This document shows positions 39,180-48,498 of a stretch of DNA of 64,000 nt, one piece after another. Made by a program: the position numbers and the translations under genes. The notes below the pieces were generated by a model that did not search any database, was not told the DNA's origin, and saw only the letters and a program-made list of their open reading frames with translations. The stretch spans positions 62,001 to 126,000 of IMG/VR virus record IMGVR_UViG_3300030019_000003. The stretch is one strand, 5' to 3'. The stretch's first letter is position 1, and each line of letters opens with the position of its first letter.

Positions 39180-39290
39180 CTATTATAGAGTATAGCCTAA
39201 AAATAGTTATCATAGTTGTTCACCGAACTTATAATAGACGAATTGGAATGCGCGCAATCTGAATAAAAATAAAATAAAAAAGGTAGTCAA

Positions 39291-39764
39291 ATGAAGATTG
39301 TGGAATACAACTCTCTTTTACAAGAGGTCGATGAATCAAAACTTATACAAAGTATACTACAGGTTTACAAGGTAACCTTTAAAGGTGATAAGAATATCTA
39401 TACCTTACGTAAGGTTATAAACAAGTTTGTTAAAACAAGAAAAGCAACCATGCTTCTTTGTATAAACGACACAAGTGTTTTAGGATATTGTTTTGTGTTT
39501 GAAGTTTTAAAGACGGACAGAACATGTTTATATCGTAGATATTCTGAAACAAATACTTTTGGTTTTATTTCAGAGTTCTGCAGTATTAAAAAAGGCTGTG
39601 GTACTTTATTAATGAATCATGTTATAAATGATTCAGACTTTAAAGATAAAGACCTGATATTAACTATAAATAAAAAATCATTAATACATTACTATCATAG
39701 GTTTGGATTTATTCCACAAAATGTTGGTAAGAATGTACTGGTAAAAGCAATAAATAAAAAATAA
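39291..39764 (+). CDS. GNAT-family acetyltransferase
   Basis: ISEFCSIKKGCGTLLM (motif A), LIHYYHRFGF (motif B). Confidence 0.75.
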   Translation: MKIVEYNSLLQEVDESKLIQSILQVYKVTFKGDKNIYTLRKVINKFVKTRKATMLLCINDTSVLGYCFVFEVLKTDRTCLYRRYSETNTFGFISEFCSIKKGCGTLLMNHVINDSDFKDKDLILTINKKSLIHYYHRFGFIPQNVGKNVLVKAINKK

Positions 39765-39789
39765 AATTAAAAAAAAAAGAGGTAAAAAA

Positions 39790-40362
39790 ATGTTACATGT
39801 AAGTAAATATCCTAATGTGGATAAAGGCTTGAAGACAACAATTGGGGTTAGTATCGTTACTCTAGCGTTTGGTGGTAAACAAGATCACCGTGTTAGTATC
39901 AGGTTTTTAACAGCTACTGACGCTGAAGCGTTCTATGACGAAATTAAAAACCTGCAGTCATTTAGAGCTCTTACACTACTGTCTATTAAAAAGAAAGACT
40001 ATTCATATCTATTAGTTATTGATAATATTTCTGCGGACAATAAAATGGAAACTTTTTGTAAATTATTTCCAGAGGAAGTGATCATTGATGTAGTTAGTAC
40101 GCTTCCTGAAACACGTGACATGGACCATAAGTTAATGAAAAAGACACTTAACCATGCAAGTAATATTTACTGCGTGGTTAACAATTACAACATGTTACTT
40201 TCTTTTAAACATCCGGAGGATTACGCCGATAGGTGTATTATCAGTATTACTCTAAGTGATGATCAGTTTAGTGGGGCAGTTTTAAATCTTCTAACTGAGA
40301 AAAATATTGGGCATGCGGGTACTTTACACAATACCTTCGTAAATGATATTCAGATAGGCTAA
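39790..40362 (+). CDS. Hypothetical protein
   Basis: GAGGT SD. Confidence 0.6.
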   Translation: MLHVSKYPNVDKGLKTTIGVSIVTLAFGGKQDHRVSIRFLTATDAEAFYDEIKNLQSFRALTLLSIKKKDYSYLLVIDNISADNKMETFCKLFPEEVIIDVVSTLPETRDMDHKLMKKTLNHASNIYCVVNNYNMLLSFKHPEDYADRCIISITLSDDQFSGAVLNLLTEKNIGHAGTLHNTFVNDIQIG

Positions 40363-40414
40363 CGCTAAGTGTCCTACACCACTGGACTAACTTTTAAAAA
40401 ATAGGAGATGTGCA

Positions 40415-40645
40415 ATGCCAAAAGGTAGCAAAGTAGACAGTTGTCATGATAAGATTAAAAAAGCTTTAATTAAAGAAGGTAAATCTGAAAAAGATGCCGA
40501 AAGAGAATCTCGGGCTATTTGTAAAGAACAAGAGCGAAAGCGTAACAAGGAAGCCGCTACAAAAGAGAGAGAAAAGAAGTTAGCAAAAGAAAAGAAAGAC
40601 AAAGAGAAAGAACGTGAAAATATTAAAAAACTTAAACAATGGTAA
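40415..40645 (+). CDS. Small charged (Lys/Glu-rich) protein
   Basis: AGGAG SD; MPKGSKVDSC...GKS...RAIC. Confidence 0.6.
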   Translation: MPKGSKVDSCHDKIKKALIKEGKSEKDAERESRAICKEQERKRNKEAATKEREKKLAKEKKDKEKERENIKKLKQW

Positions 40646-40653
40646 ACCATACC

Positions 40654-40688
40654 CAGGACACGCGCTCTTTTTAGGAGCGCATGTCCTG
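40654..40688 (+). terminator. Stem-loop
   Basis: CAGGACA-C-GCGCTC...GAGCGC-A-TGTCCTG; no clear T-tract. Confidence 0.45.
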
Positions 40689-40732
40689 CTAGTATTGAGT
40701 AATTATACCAAAATTCAAAAAATAAAAGGAAC

Positions 40733-41218
40733 ATGGAAATGTTAGTAACTGAAATAGTAAACCACACGCCATATACTATAGGTTTTACCTATGGTGATAA
40801 AGAAATTGTTTTAGCGTCTAGAGGATTATTTAATGCAAATCATGCTTATAATAAAAACGAAGATGCTGGTGTTTTACGTATTGTAGATGATGAGATGATA
40901 ATTAGCTTAGCTGCACGATCAGGTATACCTAATTTTATTACGTTATCCGATATGTTAGAGAAGTATGTTAAAAGTAATAGTATTACAGAGCATGTATGTT
41001 TCTTTGTTAATTCAGGTTTTGGGAAAGCCGTTAATGTATTGGATATTTACAAACCTACAACACCGTACTACCAACCTGATAAAAATCGTGTTAATATATG
41101 TGATGATGACCACACAGATCATCTTGGTTGGGAATTAGCTATACCAGAATCATTCTTTAAAAATAGTGAAGGAACATACGATAATGACAAATACACATCT
41201 ATATTTATTAATCCTTAA
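40733..41218 (+). CDS. Hypothetical protein
   Basis: AAAGGA SD. Confidence 0.6.
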   Translation: MEMLVTEIVNHTPYTIGFTYGDKEIVLASRGLFNANHAYNKNEDAGVLRIVDDEMIISLAARSGIPNFITLSDMLEKYVKSNSITEHVCFFVNSGFGKAVNVLDIYKPTTPYYQPDKNRVNICDDDHTDHLGWELAIPESFFKNSEGTYDNDKYTSIFINP

Positions 41219-41273
41219 TGACTAGTGCCGTTCTGAATCAAAAATTAAAGTCTGTAAATTAAAATAAAAGGAG

Positions 41274-42377
41274 TTGGTTATGATACTATACGTTGTTACT
41301 GATATACCTGAGGTAGTATTAGCAGCCGAAAGGATTAAAAAGATATATGCCGCTATTCCTGAAATAAACATACCCATTAAAATTATTAGTATGTTCGAAC
41401 ACATAATCGAACCTGTAGAGTTTTTTGAACTCCGTGTTAGTAAGATTATGGTCAAGTATGAGTTTAAGTTAATATCCTCCGGCGGAGACATAATTGATGT
41501 TAAAACAGCAAGGGCGCCCTACACAGAATATTCCAGCGAGTCACCTTTTCAAATATCAACTATAAGTAACATACTTGTGTACCGTATGCTATCAATGATT
41601 TATAATAACCAAAAAAGGTTATTTAAAGACGATGTGTCATCACAACTGCTCTTAACCAGATATGCCAACGCACTTTGTGATGATGAAATCAAAACGAATA
41701 CTTCTGGGTGGAATGAAGCTTACAGAAATATTCCATTTGAAAAAGAAGACCAAATAGAAGTTACGAAGCCAACAGTTGTTAACTCTTTAGAGGCTAAACA
41801 ACTGTTGCGTATGCATAACAAAACTAATGGAGATTCTGGCGAGACACATGTGTTTACAAAGCATGACCATATGATTATGAAGTGGTGCAAAGATCTTGCG
41901 GGTATGTCGTACTGTGAACGTTCACAGATGGGCGCTATTATAGCTATTGATGAAAAAACATTTATCACTGGTTATAATGGTACACTAGAAGGGTTTGAAA
42001 ATAAATGTGATGAAATGGCGCTGGTGTGCAATGTTTGTAATGTTGCTGTTGACCCTAATGACTATATTGAAGGTGAAAAACATTGTAAGAAAGGTTGGGT
42101 TGAGAAAAGACCTAAATCTACTCTCAATGTTATACATGCTGAAACGAACGCGTTATTCCATGCTAATGTTAACGGTATCAGTGTTGTTGGTAAGACAATG
42201 TATATGACAACATCTCCGTGCGTCACATGCGCCAACAACATCGTTAAAGCTAAAATAGGTATGATTATCTACGAAAATGAACATGATGATCTACGAGGCT
42301 TAGAGACGTTAAGAAAAGCTGGTGTTAAAGTTGTTAAGTATACGGATCAAAGTAGCACTAATGAAAACTGCCAATAG
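41274..42377 (+). CDS. dCMP deaminase fused to an unknown N-terminal domain
   Basis: SYCERSQMGAII, TGYNG, HAETNAL, SPCVTC zinc-deaminase motifs; CNVC...HC insertion. Confidence 0.85.
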   Translation: MVMILYVVTDIPEVVLAAERIKKIYAAIPEINIPIKIISMFEHIIEPVEFFELRVSKIMVKYEFKLISSGGDIIDVKTARAPYTEYSSESPFQISTISNILVYRMLSMIYNNQKRLFKDDVSSQLLLTRYANALCDDEIKTNTSGWNEAYRNIPFEKEDQIEVTKPTVVNSLEAKQLLRMHNKTNGDSGETHVFTKHDHMIMKWCKDLAGMSYCERSQMGAIIAIDEKTFITGYNGTLEGFENKCDEMALVCNVCNVAVDPNDYIEGEKHCKKGWVEKRPKSTLNVIHAETNALFHANVNGISVVGKTMYMTTSPCVTCANNIVKAKIGMIIYENEHDDLRGLETLRKAGVKVVKYTDQSSTNENCQ

Positions 42378-42504
42378 CGTATGGCTTAATATGGCCATCG
42401 CAGAGACAATAGTTGTTCTGGGGTTATCGATAATCATTTCTTACTTAGAATGGCGTGTTGATTGCAACTTAGCTACCATCATCTTTAATAGGTGTGGTAA
42501 ATAA
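42361..42504 (+). CDS. Small membrane protein
   Basis: Hydrophobic 47-aa ORF from ATG 42361. Confidence 0.35.
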   Translation: MKTANSVWLNMAIAETIVVLGLSIIISYLEWRVDCNLATIIFNRCGK

Positions 42505-42528
42505 AAAAATAATGCTTAAGAGGGTATT

Positions 42529-43581
42529 ATGAAAAATAAGATTGAGTGCCTTGAGATTGAAATACTCAAGGATGAACTGATTATGGATGTTGTTGATTTA
42601 AATGGGGATGTTTCTAATTCATTATATGGAAAAAGAAACACTAATGATTTAAATTTTGGAAATACTAAAAGATTAGCATTTAAAACTTACGGCAATCAAG
42701 TGATGCTAAATTTTACAAAAGATGGCGTTTGTTGTATTACAGCTTCACTTGACTTCTTTTTGAATAAGTATTATACACATCTTTTGCATTATGCTGATGA
42801 ACTGCATACAAAATATCGCAAGACAATACCAGGATTTAAACAAGTAGGTTTATTAATAAATATTGAAGTAACCCCTAATTATTTTGCAGTACTTACTGCT
42901 AATAGGTATTTACTAGATGAACTTGATTTGTTATACGATGGTATCGTTAAAGCAGCTGTAGCTATTAAAGAAAAAAGATCTATGATAACTAGTGATGTGT
43001 TTAATTCACTAACTTATAAAAAGATACCAGGGACAGAAATGTTTTTGAATAAAGATATGTATCTGCTTGTAGATTTGGATCGCACATCTAGTTATTTATC
43101 CAAAGATGTTTTAGAGTTTATGCCGTCAGAGAATGAGGTTCCAGATAACACTGTTTTATATAAAGCAGGCGCCAATATCAATATTAAAATTCGTAAGATT
43201 CTTAATTATGGTATATCTGAATTCTTAGCAAAGTTTAAAACAACAGATGATCTTTACACCGATGTTGAAAAATATCTTAAAGAATATGTTTCACTTGGTG
43301 TTACTTATGATAAAGTAACTATCATTTTAAATTTCCTTAATGATATTTCTGATCATGGTCAAAAAGTAGCTAGATCAAGTATTGAACGTAAACTTGATAA
43401 AGAGTTACGTGTTGTTAAAAAATCTTTAGAAGATATCAAGTTTGTATATGTTATTAGACCAGATGGGTACGTACAGGTAAAGTCACCACATGAACGTAGT
43501 GGGCACTGGCGTAACTATAGAAGTGGTAAAACTATATGGGTACCTAAATGTAAGGTACACAGTGAACTGATGTCGGCATAA
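42529..43581 (+). CDS. Hypothetical protein with C-terminal PHxRxGHWR motif
   Basis: KSPHERSGHWRNYRSGKTIWV, a motif recurrent in phage proteins. Confidence 0.65.
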   Translation: MKNKIECLEIEILKDELIMDVVDLNGDVSNSLYGKRNTNDLNFGNTKRLAFKTYGNQVMLNFTKDGVCCITASLDFFLNKYYTHLLHYADELHTKYRKTIPGFKQVGLLINIEVTPNYFAVLTANRYLLDELDLLYDGIVKAAVAIKEKRSMITSDVFNSLTYKKIPGTEMFLNKDMYLLVDLDRTSSYLSKDVLEFMPSENEVPDNTVLYKAGANINIKIRKILNYGISEFLAKFKTTDDLYTDVEKYLKEYVSLGVTYDKVTIILNFLNDISDHGQKVARSSIERKLDKELRVVKKSLEDIKFVYVIRPDGYVQVKSPHERSGHWRNYRSGKTIWVPKCKVHSELMSA

Positions 43582-43591
43582 AAAAGGAGTA

Positions 43592-43816
43592 ATGGTGGGT
43601 GAAACAGTTTCAAAAGTATGGGAAGTTAAACAGCGTGTTAAAAATAAACATGCCGAGTTAATCGCAGCTGGAGTAGATATAAAAATTAGTAAAGTCTATG
43701 AGAAGATGGCTACTGAACACGGATATCGCGATTGGAATACTTACGTGGCCATATTAAAACGTGCTGATGAGAAGGCAGGGTTTATTACGAATAAAAGGAA
43801 ATCCTATGGAAAATAA
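43592..43816 (+). CDS. Small helical protein (glyoxalase-superfamily / Glyoxalase_8-like)
   Basis: YEKMATEHGYRDWNT motif. Confidence 0.55.
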   Translation: MVGETVSKVWEVKQRVKNKHAELIAAGVDIKISKVYEKMATEHGYRDWNTYVAILKRADEKAGFITNKRKSYGK

Positions 43817-44315
43817 GAAACCATTAGTTAAAGATAGCGAAGGTTACTATACTGTACAATTAGGAACTATCATAGGTGAGAATGTTGTTCTTCATAAGGG
43901 AACGCCCCATGAGATTACTTTACATTACCCTGCGAAGGATTTTGCTGTAGCCTTAAATATTTTAAAGGAAGGCTTAAAAGAAAAACCTCTTCTAGGCGAA
44001 ATGGGCAGTCCTAAATATTATGAGAACATGCCGAGGGATCAACGTTTTACAATGTTTCGTACAGTCATGTTAGATAGGGTCTCACATGAAGTAGTAGATG
44101 TTGAAATGATTCCAGTAGGTGAAACAGAAACATTTATTATTAAAGGTAAGATAAAACCTTGTGGCCCAAACGGTCATATGCTAGCAGCCTTTATAGCTGA
44201 GGATAACTTTCCAGTATTTGGACTAAGATCTATAGCTAATATACATCTACTTGATGAGAAAGTTCACACACGCACAGTGGAAAGAATCATAACTTGGGAT
44301 TGGATTTTAGAATGA
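43806..44315 (+). CDS. Prohead protease-like protein (phiKZ gp175 / T4 gp21 fold), catalytic residues apparently lost
   Basis: KDSEGYYTVQLG, GEMGSP, RVSH, GKIKPCGP, FGLRS, IITWDW; His and Ser positions hold Ser and Gly. Confidence 0.7.
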   Translation: MENKKPLVKDSEGYYTVQLGTIIGENVVLHKGTPHEITLHYPAKDFAVALNILKEGLKEKPLLGEMGSPKYYENMPRDQRFTMFRTVMLDRVSHEVVDVEMIPVGETETFIIKGKIKPCGPNGHMLAAFIAEDNFPVFGLRSIANIHLLDEKVHTRTVERIITWDWILE

Positions 44316-44530
44316 AAAACATTTTTGCAAAGGTTCTAGCATTTTTAGTTTTAGCCTGTACTGGTGTGTTTTTAGCAGGAGGGTTCTTACCAATATCTTT
44401 TAAACTTATTGGTGGAATACCTCAGGCTATAACCAGTATGGAACTATGGTTTCTTACGGGTATTGTACCCTTTATTATATCTGTGCTTATTGGTAAACGC
44501 CACAATGCGGCTATGAATAAAAAACCATAA
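44312..44530 (+). CDS. Small membrane protein
   Basis: Two TM helices; ATGA overlap with the previous gene. Confidence 0.55.
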   Translation: MKNIFAKVLAFLVLACTGVFLAGGFLPISFKLIGGIPQAITSMELWFLTGIVPFIISVLIGKRHNAAMNKKP

Positions 44531-44598
44531 CACTTTATTGATTACACAGTTCATGTTTTAAAACAACACATACTGTAGACAATAAATGGTGGTGCCAC

Positions 44599-45384
44599 AT
44601 GAGTCCTATTTATGAGAAGTTAGATCCGTTTCATCTTTTAGATGTTAAAAATCCCCTTCATCCTTCTATCTTTATAGATACACCAGAATACAATATGTTG
44701 ATACTAGCATTACCAGCATATGTGGAGAATGAAATTGTTATAAATCCTTGTTCCTTTGTGTTCAACGATACGGAATATTATTACTATGATATTAGTGATG
44801 ATAGATTTGTAAGTTGTGGCTCTATGGAACAGATTTATGAAATTATCAATGCTAAAACGACATTAGTCATGGATATGATGGAAGAGTTTCACGATGCTAT
44901 TGATTGTGTTGAAGATATGCTTTATAATAATAAAGCTTTTAAAACATTTAATAGCTATTGGCTTACGAACAAGAAAAAACTGAGTAAGATAAGCAGACTA
45001 CTGATCGTTGCAATAGATGCTGTAGAGGATTTTCTAGAAGTCTGTGTTAAAGACGATTCGCCATTAGCAGTACACTTTAAAGATATCTATGAACATTTAG
45101 AGCGTACGGATAGATCAGCAACCTATGCTTTAGAACAGTTGGCTAACCTTTATAGCTTTTACGATAGTAGAAATAGTGAACGCATGAATAGTATCATGTA
45201 TTTTCTAACAATATTATCTGGTGTATTCTTACCACTAAGCTTGATAGTAGGTTACCTCGGTATGAACACACATGGCTTGCCATTGGTAGATAATGAATAT
45301 GGTACATGGATAGCAACAGGTATGCTATTATCGTGTGCTAGCGGTATGGGATTCCTTATACGTTACTTAAGTAATAAACACTAA
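44599..45384 (+). CDS. corA: CorA-family Mg2+/Co2+ transporter
   Basis: MNSIMYFLTILSGVFLPLSLIVGYLGMN (GMN signature), two C-terminal TMs, FKDIYEHL helix. Confidence 0.9.
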   Translation: MSPIYEKLDPFHLLDVKNPLHPSIFIDTPEYNMLILALPAYVENEIVINPCSFVFNDTEYYYYDISDDRFVSCGSMEQIYEIINAKTTLVMDMMEEFHDAIDCVEDMLYNNKAFKTFNSYWLTNKKKLSKISRLLIVAIDAVEDFLEVCVKDDSPLAVHFKDIYEHLERTDRSATYALEQLANLYSFYDSRNSERMNSIMYFLTILSGVFLPLSLIVGYLGMNTHGLPLVDNEYGTWIATGMLLSCASGMGFLIRYLSNKH

Positions 45385-45396
45385 CAAAATCAATAT

Positions 45397-45444
45397 GATA
45401 CTCAACAGCCAAGGCTGTTGAGTATCGTGACTATTTATTTTTTT
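45397..45444 (+). terminator. 14-bp inverted repeat plus T-tract
   Basis: GATACTCAACAGCC-AA-GGCTGTTGAGTATC. Confidence 0.75.
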
Positions 45445-45449
45445 ATAAG

Positions 45450-45492
45450 GATATATTATTTAATTAATAACGAACAACTAGTTTACTAGTTG
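45450..45492 (+). promoter_or_regulatory. Promoter motif plus conserved leader (second copy of 35636)
   Basis: GATATATTATTTAATTAATAACGAACAACTAGTTTACTAGTTG. Confidence 0.65.
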
Positions 45493-45523
45493 AGTTAAAA
45501 TATAAAACATTAAAGGGGATCCT

Positions 45524-46189
45524 ATGAGAGTTATTTTACTTTGTGATAAAGTTGATGAATACTACGTAAGTGGTGTTATGACACATTCAGGTATTGACAT
45601 GTCAAAATGCGCTATTGATAACACATGTACAAGTGATGATGGCGATACACGTTTTACTTTTGAGATCGAAGATGGTTATGATACATCTGATAAGGTTATT
45701 TCAAGATTAGCCGGGTTAAATGGCCGCTATCATATACACTATGATGAACGCGGATACTATTTTCTTGTAAATAAAACTATCGTGATGCATAAATTAAATA
45801 CTGGTTTTGCATCGTATCCGTGTGAAACAGGGGTAACCCAAAAGATTCCACACCACACAAAAGCAAATATGTTAGACGTGCTAAAAAAATCATCTTTTGG
45901 TTTAAAACAGCACGGGTTTAAAACAATCGGGGAGTTGCAGGATAAAGTTTATGAAAATGATGGTAGCAGCTATGGCTCAGTACTTACAGATATATTGACA
46001 CAAAAAGTAATTTCAGATTATACTAAAATATCCGAAGCACTAGCACTATTGAAAATATATGTTGCTTCCGGGGAGTGTAACGATTTTGATAGCGATATTG
46101 TTAGTCTATTTGAATTAGTATTCCATAGGAATCCTGATGTTGATCTAGTAGCACCTTACAGTATGCATACAAATAAAGAAGGAAAGTAA
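45524..46189 (+). CDS. Hypothetical protein
   Basis: AAGGGG SD. Confidence 0.6.
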   Translation: MRVILLCDKVDEYYVSGVMTHSGIDMSKCAIDNTCTSDDGDTRFTFEIEDGYDTSDKVISRLAGLNGRYHIHYDERGYYFLVNKTIVMHKLNTGFASYPCETGVTQKIPHHTKANMLDVLKKSSFGLKQHGFKTIGELQDKVYENDGSSYGSVLTDILTQKVISDYTKISEALALLKIYVASGECNDFDSDIVSLFELVFHRNPDVDLVAPYSMHTNKEGK

Positions 46190-46585
46190 ATGGACGCTAT
46201 CACCGTATATAAAATCATTATTACAACCATTGTCGTTGCCTTCGTCATATTCGCTGTTTATCGCATAGAAAGAAATGTATTTGGCATTAATGATGCTAAA
46301 GAGTATCCTCTTAAAAAGACAACAGTTAGCCATAATGTAGATTGTATATTTGTAAATGACATGGTTGAAACTCTTAATAAGTATTTTGAGTTAGGTCTCT
46401 TTACAGATGCAAGAACATATCTTGATAGAATATTTAACATAGCAGGATTAAGTTCTGAAGAAAAACTTCTACTAGTTACATTATTACGTCAAGAGATACA
46501 TGATGAACACGTAAAGACAGAGACGGGTAATAATTATCTTAGAATATATTTACTACGTGCTGATCTAAGATATAGAAAAATATAA
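46190..46585 (+). CDS. Membrane-anchored protein, distant paralog of 61545/62277
   Basis: N-terminal TM; VETLNKYFELGLFTDARTYL. Confidence 0.55.
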   Translation: MDAITVYKIIITTIVVAFVIFAVYRIERNVFGINDAKEYPLKKTTVSHNVDCIFVNDMVETLNKYFELGLFTDARTYLDRIFNIAGLSSEEKLLLVTLLRQEIHDEHVKTETGNNYLRIYLLRADLRYRKI

Positions 46586-46598
46586 AAGGTGTTGCGAT

Positions 46599-46829
46599 AT
46601 GAAGATTAAGCGTCCGGAGATAGTTTTAAATCATATACAGATAAAAAGTCTAAAGGCTTTTAAGAAGTTGGCCAAGGCCTTAACTGTTATTGAGGAAGAA
46701 TGTGGTATAAAGGAAACACGTATTACTATTAAAGGTGTGTTCTTTTGTCCGTGGATAGATAAGTCTAAATGTGAAGATACTCCTATGGAGAAATTACTTA
46801 TAGATATTGTAAAAGAGGTAAAATGGTGA
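46599..46829 (+). CDS. Hypothetical protein
   Basis: 76-aa ORF in operon. Confidence 0.5.
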   Translation: MKIKRPEIVLNHIQIKSLKAFKKLAKALTVIEEECGIKETRITIKGVFFCPWIDKSKCEDTPMEKLLIDIVKEVKW

Positions 46830-47173
46830 GAACAGTTGTTATGGATTTTGAAAACGGGTTAGTAGTCCCTGATGGGCAAGTGCTAAGTTGTATCGAAGAG
46901 TTATTTAAGTCCGATAAAGACGAATTGATACTGGGATCTAACGTCATGTTATATGGCGTTAGATATTACTGTAAAAAAGAAAAGATCGTGTTTAAACTAG
47001 TACTTATGAACGGTACCAGCGTCGAAGTAGAGAATGACATACTAAAGGGCGAGAGTACCAGGTTAGGAACAGGGTTATTAGATGTTCCCTACCACGAGAT
47101 ACATGGCATTTGTTTAGATTATCTATTAGGTATAGACGATGGTAGCATTGTGAAACTAAAGGATACCCTATGA
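46823..47173 (+). CDS. Hypothetical protein
   Basis: GAGGT SD. Confidence 0.55.
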   Translation: MVRTVVMDFENGLVVPDGQVLSCIEELFKSDKDELILGSNVMLYGVRYYCKKEKIVFKLVLMNGTSVEVENDILKGESTRLGTGLLDVPYHEIHGICLDYLLGIDDGSIVKLKDTL

Positions 47174-47616
47174 ATGCTACACAGTGGCTAGAATGGCTAG
47201 AAAAACAAATGGTGGATAATAACGCTATTGAAATGGATTTTGACCCAGGTGAGCTAATTGCTAAAATTTTTAATATAACAACATATGACTCAGCAATGTC
47301 ACGTATTTTTGCAGAACAAATTGTTGAAGTATTTGAAGTAATCCGCGACAAGAATACATTTCAATATATACAGAAGTCGCATGAGCATTACTATCGTTTC
47401 TTAATGGTTATAAATCTCAAGAAAATTATTAAATTATTATCGTGGGGTACCTCTATACGTGGATGTTGGTTCGATGTTAGTATAGACTCTGTATTTGATC
47501 CAGTTGATGGGTTAACACGTTTTGACAATCAAACATACCCACAGATAACTACTAATGAAGAAATGGGTGAATTCATAACAGCGTTGCACTTATATTTAGA
47601 TAAGTACCCAGAATAA
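47170..47616 (+). CDS. Hypothetical phage protein
   Basis: ATGA overlap; TTYDS and WGTSIRGCWF motifs. Confidence 0.6.
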   Translation: MNATQWLEWLEKQMVDNNAIEMDFDPGELIAKIFNITTYDSAMSRIFAEQIVEVFEVIRDKNTFQYIQKSHEHYYRFLMVINLKKIIKLLSWGTSIRGCWFDVSIDSVFDPVDGLTRFDNQTYPQITTNEEMGEFITALHLYLDKYPE

Positions 47617-47691
47617 ATAGAAGAACTATTTTCTAAATAATTTGTATAATAAAGAGGTCGGGGCTTCGCCCCTCCCTATAGTATTTTTCAT

Positions 47692-47862
47692 TTCAGAATA
47701 TATTTCATGCGGTGAGCATGTACCGATTAGTTTATAGTGTTACCGTGTGGTGCCCGCTTCCCCTACGCCAGAATCTCGTCTGACTCAAAGTAGTCTAACC
47801 CGCATGAAACATAAACTGAACCCGCAATATAGTTGCCAAAGGACTGACACCAAAAGATGTCA
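47692..47862. ncRNA. Candidate structured RNA / leader element
   Basis: GC-enriched intergenic stretch with TTTCATGCGG/CCGCATGAAA, nested CTAC/GTAG and CAGA/TCTG stems and two downstream hairpins. Confidence 0.45.
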
Positions 47863-47903
47863 TATAATACCATAGTGTAAACTATTATTAATAAGGAATA
47901 GAA

Positions 47904-48155
47904 ATGATACAAGAAACTACCATAACGTTTAATGAACCTATTGGTAAGGATTATGTTGTGTATGCCGAACAGCTGCATACGTTAGCTAAGGAAGTAGGTA
48001 TGAGCTATTCTCTAACCTATCAAGAGTTTTCTAATAATTGGTATGGTAGTGTTACAGATTCTGTCACAGAGAATGAACTAGAGACTAGAGACTATATGCT
48101 TAGTAGCACAATGGAGTTAATGATAGATCATCTTACCAAAATAAAAAATAAATAA
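47904..48155 (+). CDS. Hypothetical protein
   Basis: AAGGA SD. Confidence 0.55.
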   Translation: MIQETTITFNEPIGKDYVVYAEQLHTLAKEVGMSYSLTYQEFSNNWYGSVTDSVTENELETRDYMLSSTMELMIDHLTKIKNK

Positions 48156-48165
48156 GGAGTTTCCT

Positions 48166-48483
48166 ATGTTAGAAAAAGGTTATTGCGAAGTATGTGGTAA
48201 TAGTGATTTATCTGTCGATACTGGTAAAACAGAATATGGTGAATTCACCCGTTGCTCTATCTGTTTAAGAGTAGGTGCAGGTATCCCTGGTGATCCTAGG
48301 TTTGTTAAAAACACTACTCGTTACGATAAAGAAACGGATCAGTATATTCGTGACGGTAAAGTGGTAACACTGCGTGAACGTCACACTGCGAATAGAACAG
48401 TGCTTAAAACTAGGAAAGACATGATAGGTAGTATTACAGCAATAGCTGCTGAAAAAGGTAGAAAGTGGCCTAATGTAAAATAA
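48166..48483 (+). CDS. Zinc-ribbon protein
   Basis: CEVC...CSIC. Confidence 0.55.
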   Translation: MLEKGYCEVCGNSDLSVDTGKTEYGEFTRCSICLRVGAGIPGDPRFVKNTTRYDKETDQYIRDGKVVTLRERHTANRTVLKTRKDMIGSITAIAAEKGRKWPNVK

Positions 48484-48498
48484 TAAAAAGGAATCAAT

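Noticed and set aside
47692-47820. Retron msr-msd or 6S RNA
   Set aside because: Flanking inverted repeats are present but no RT is nearby; short matches to 6S-like words are insufficient
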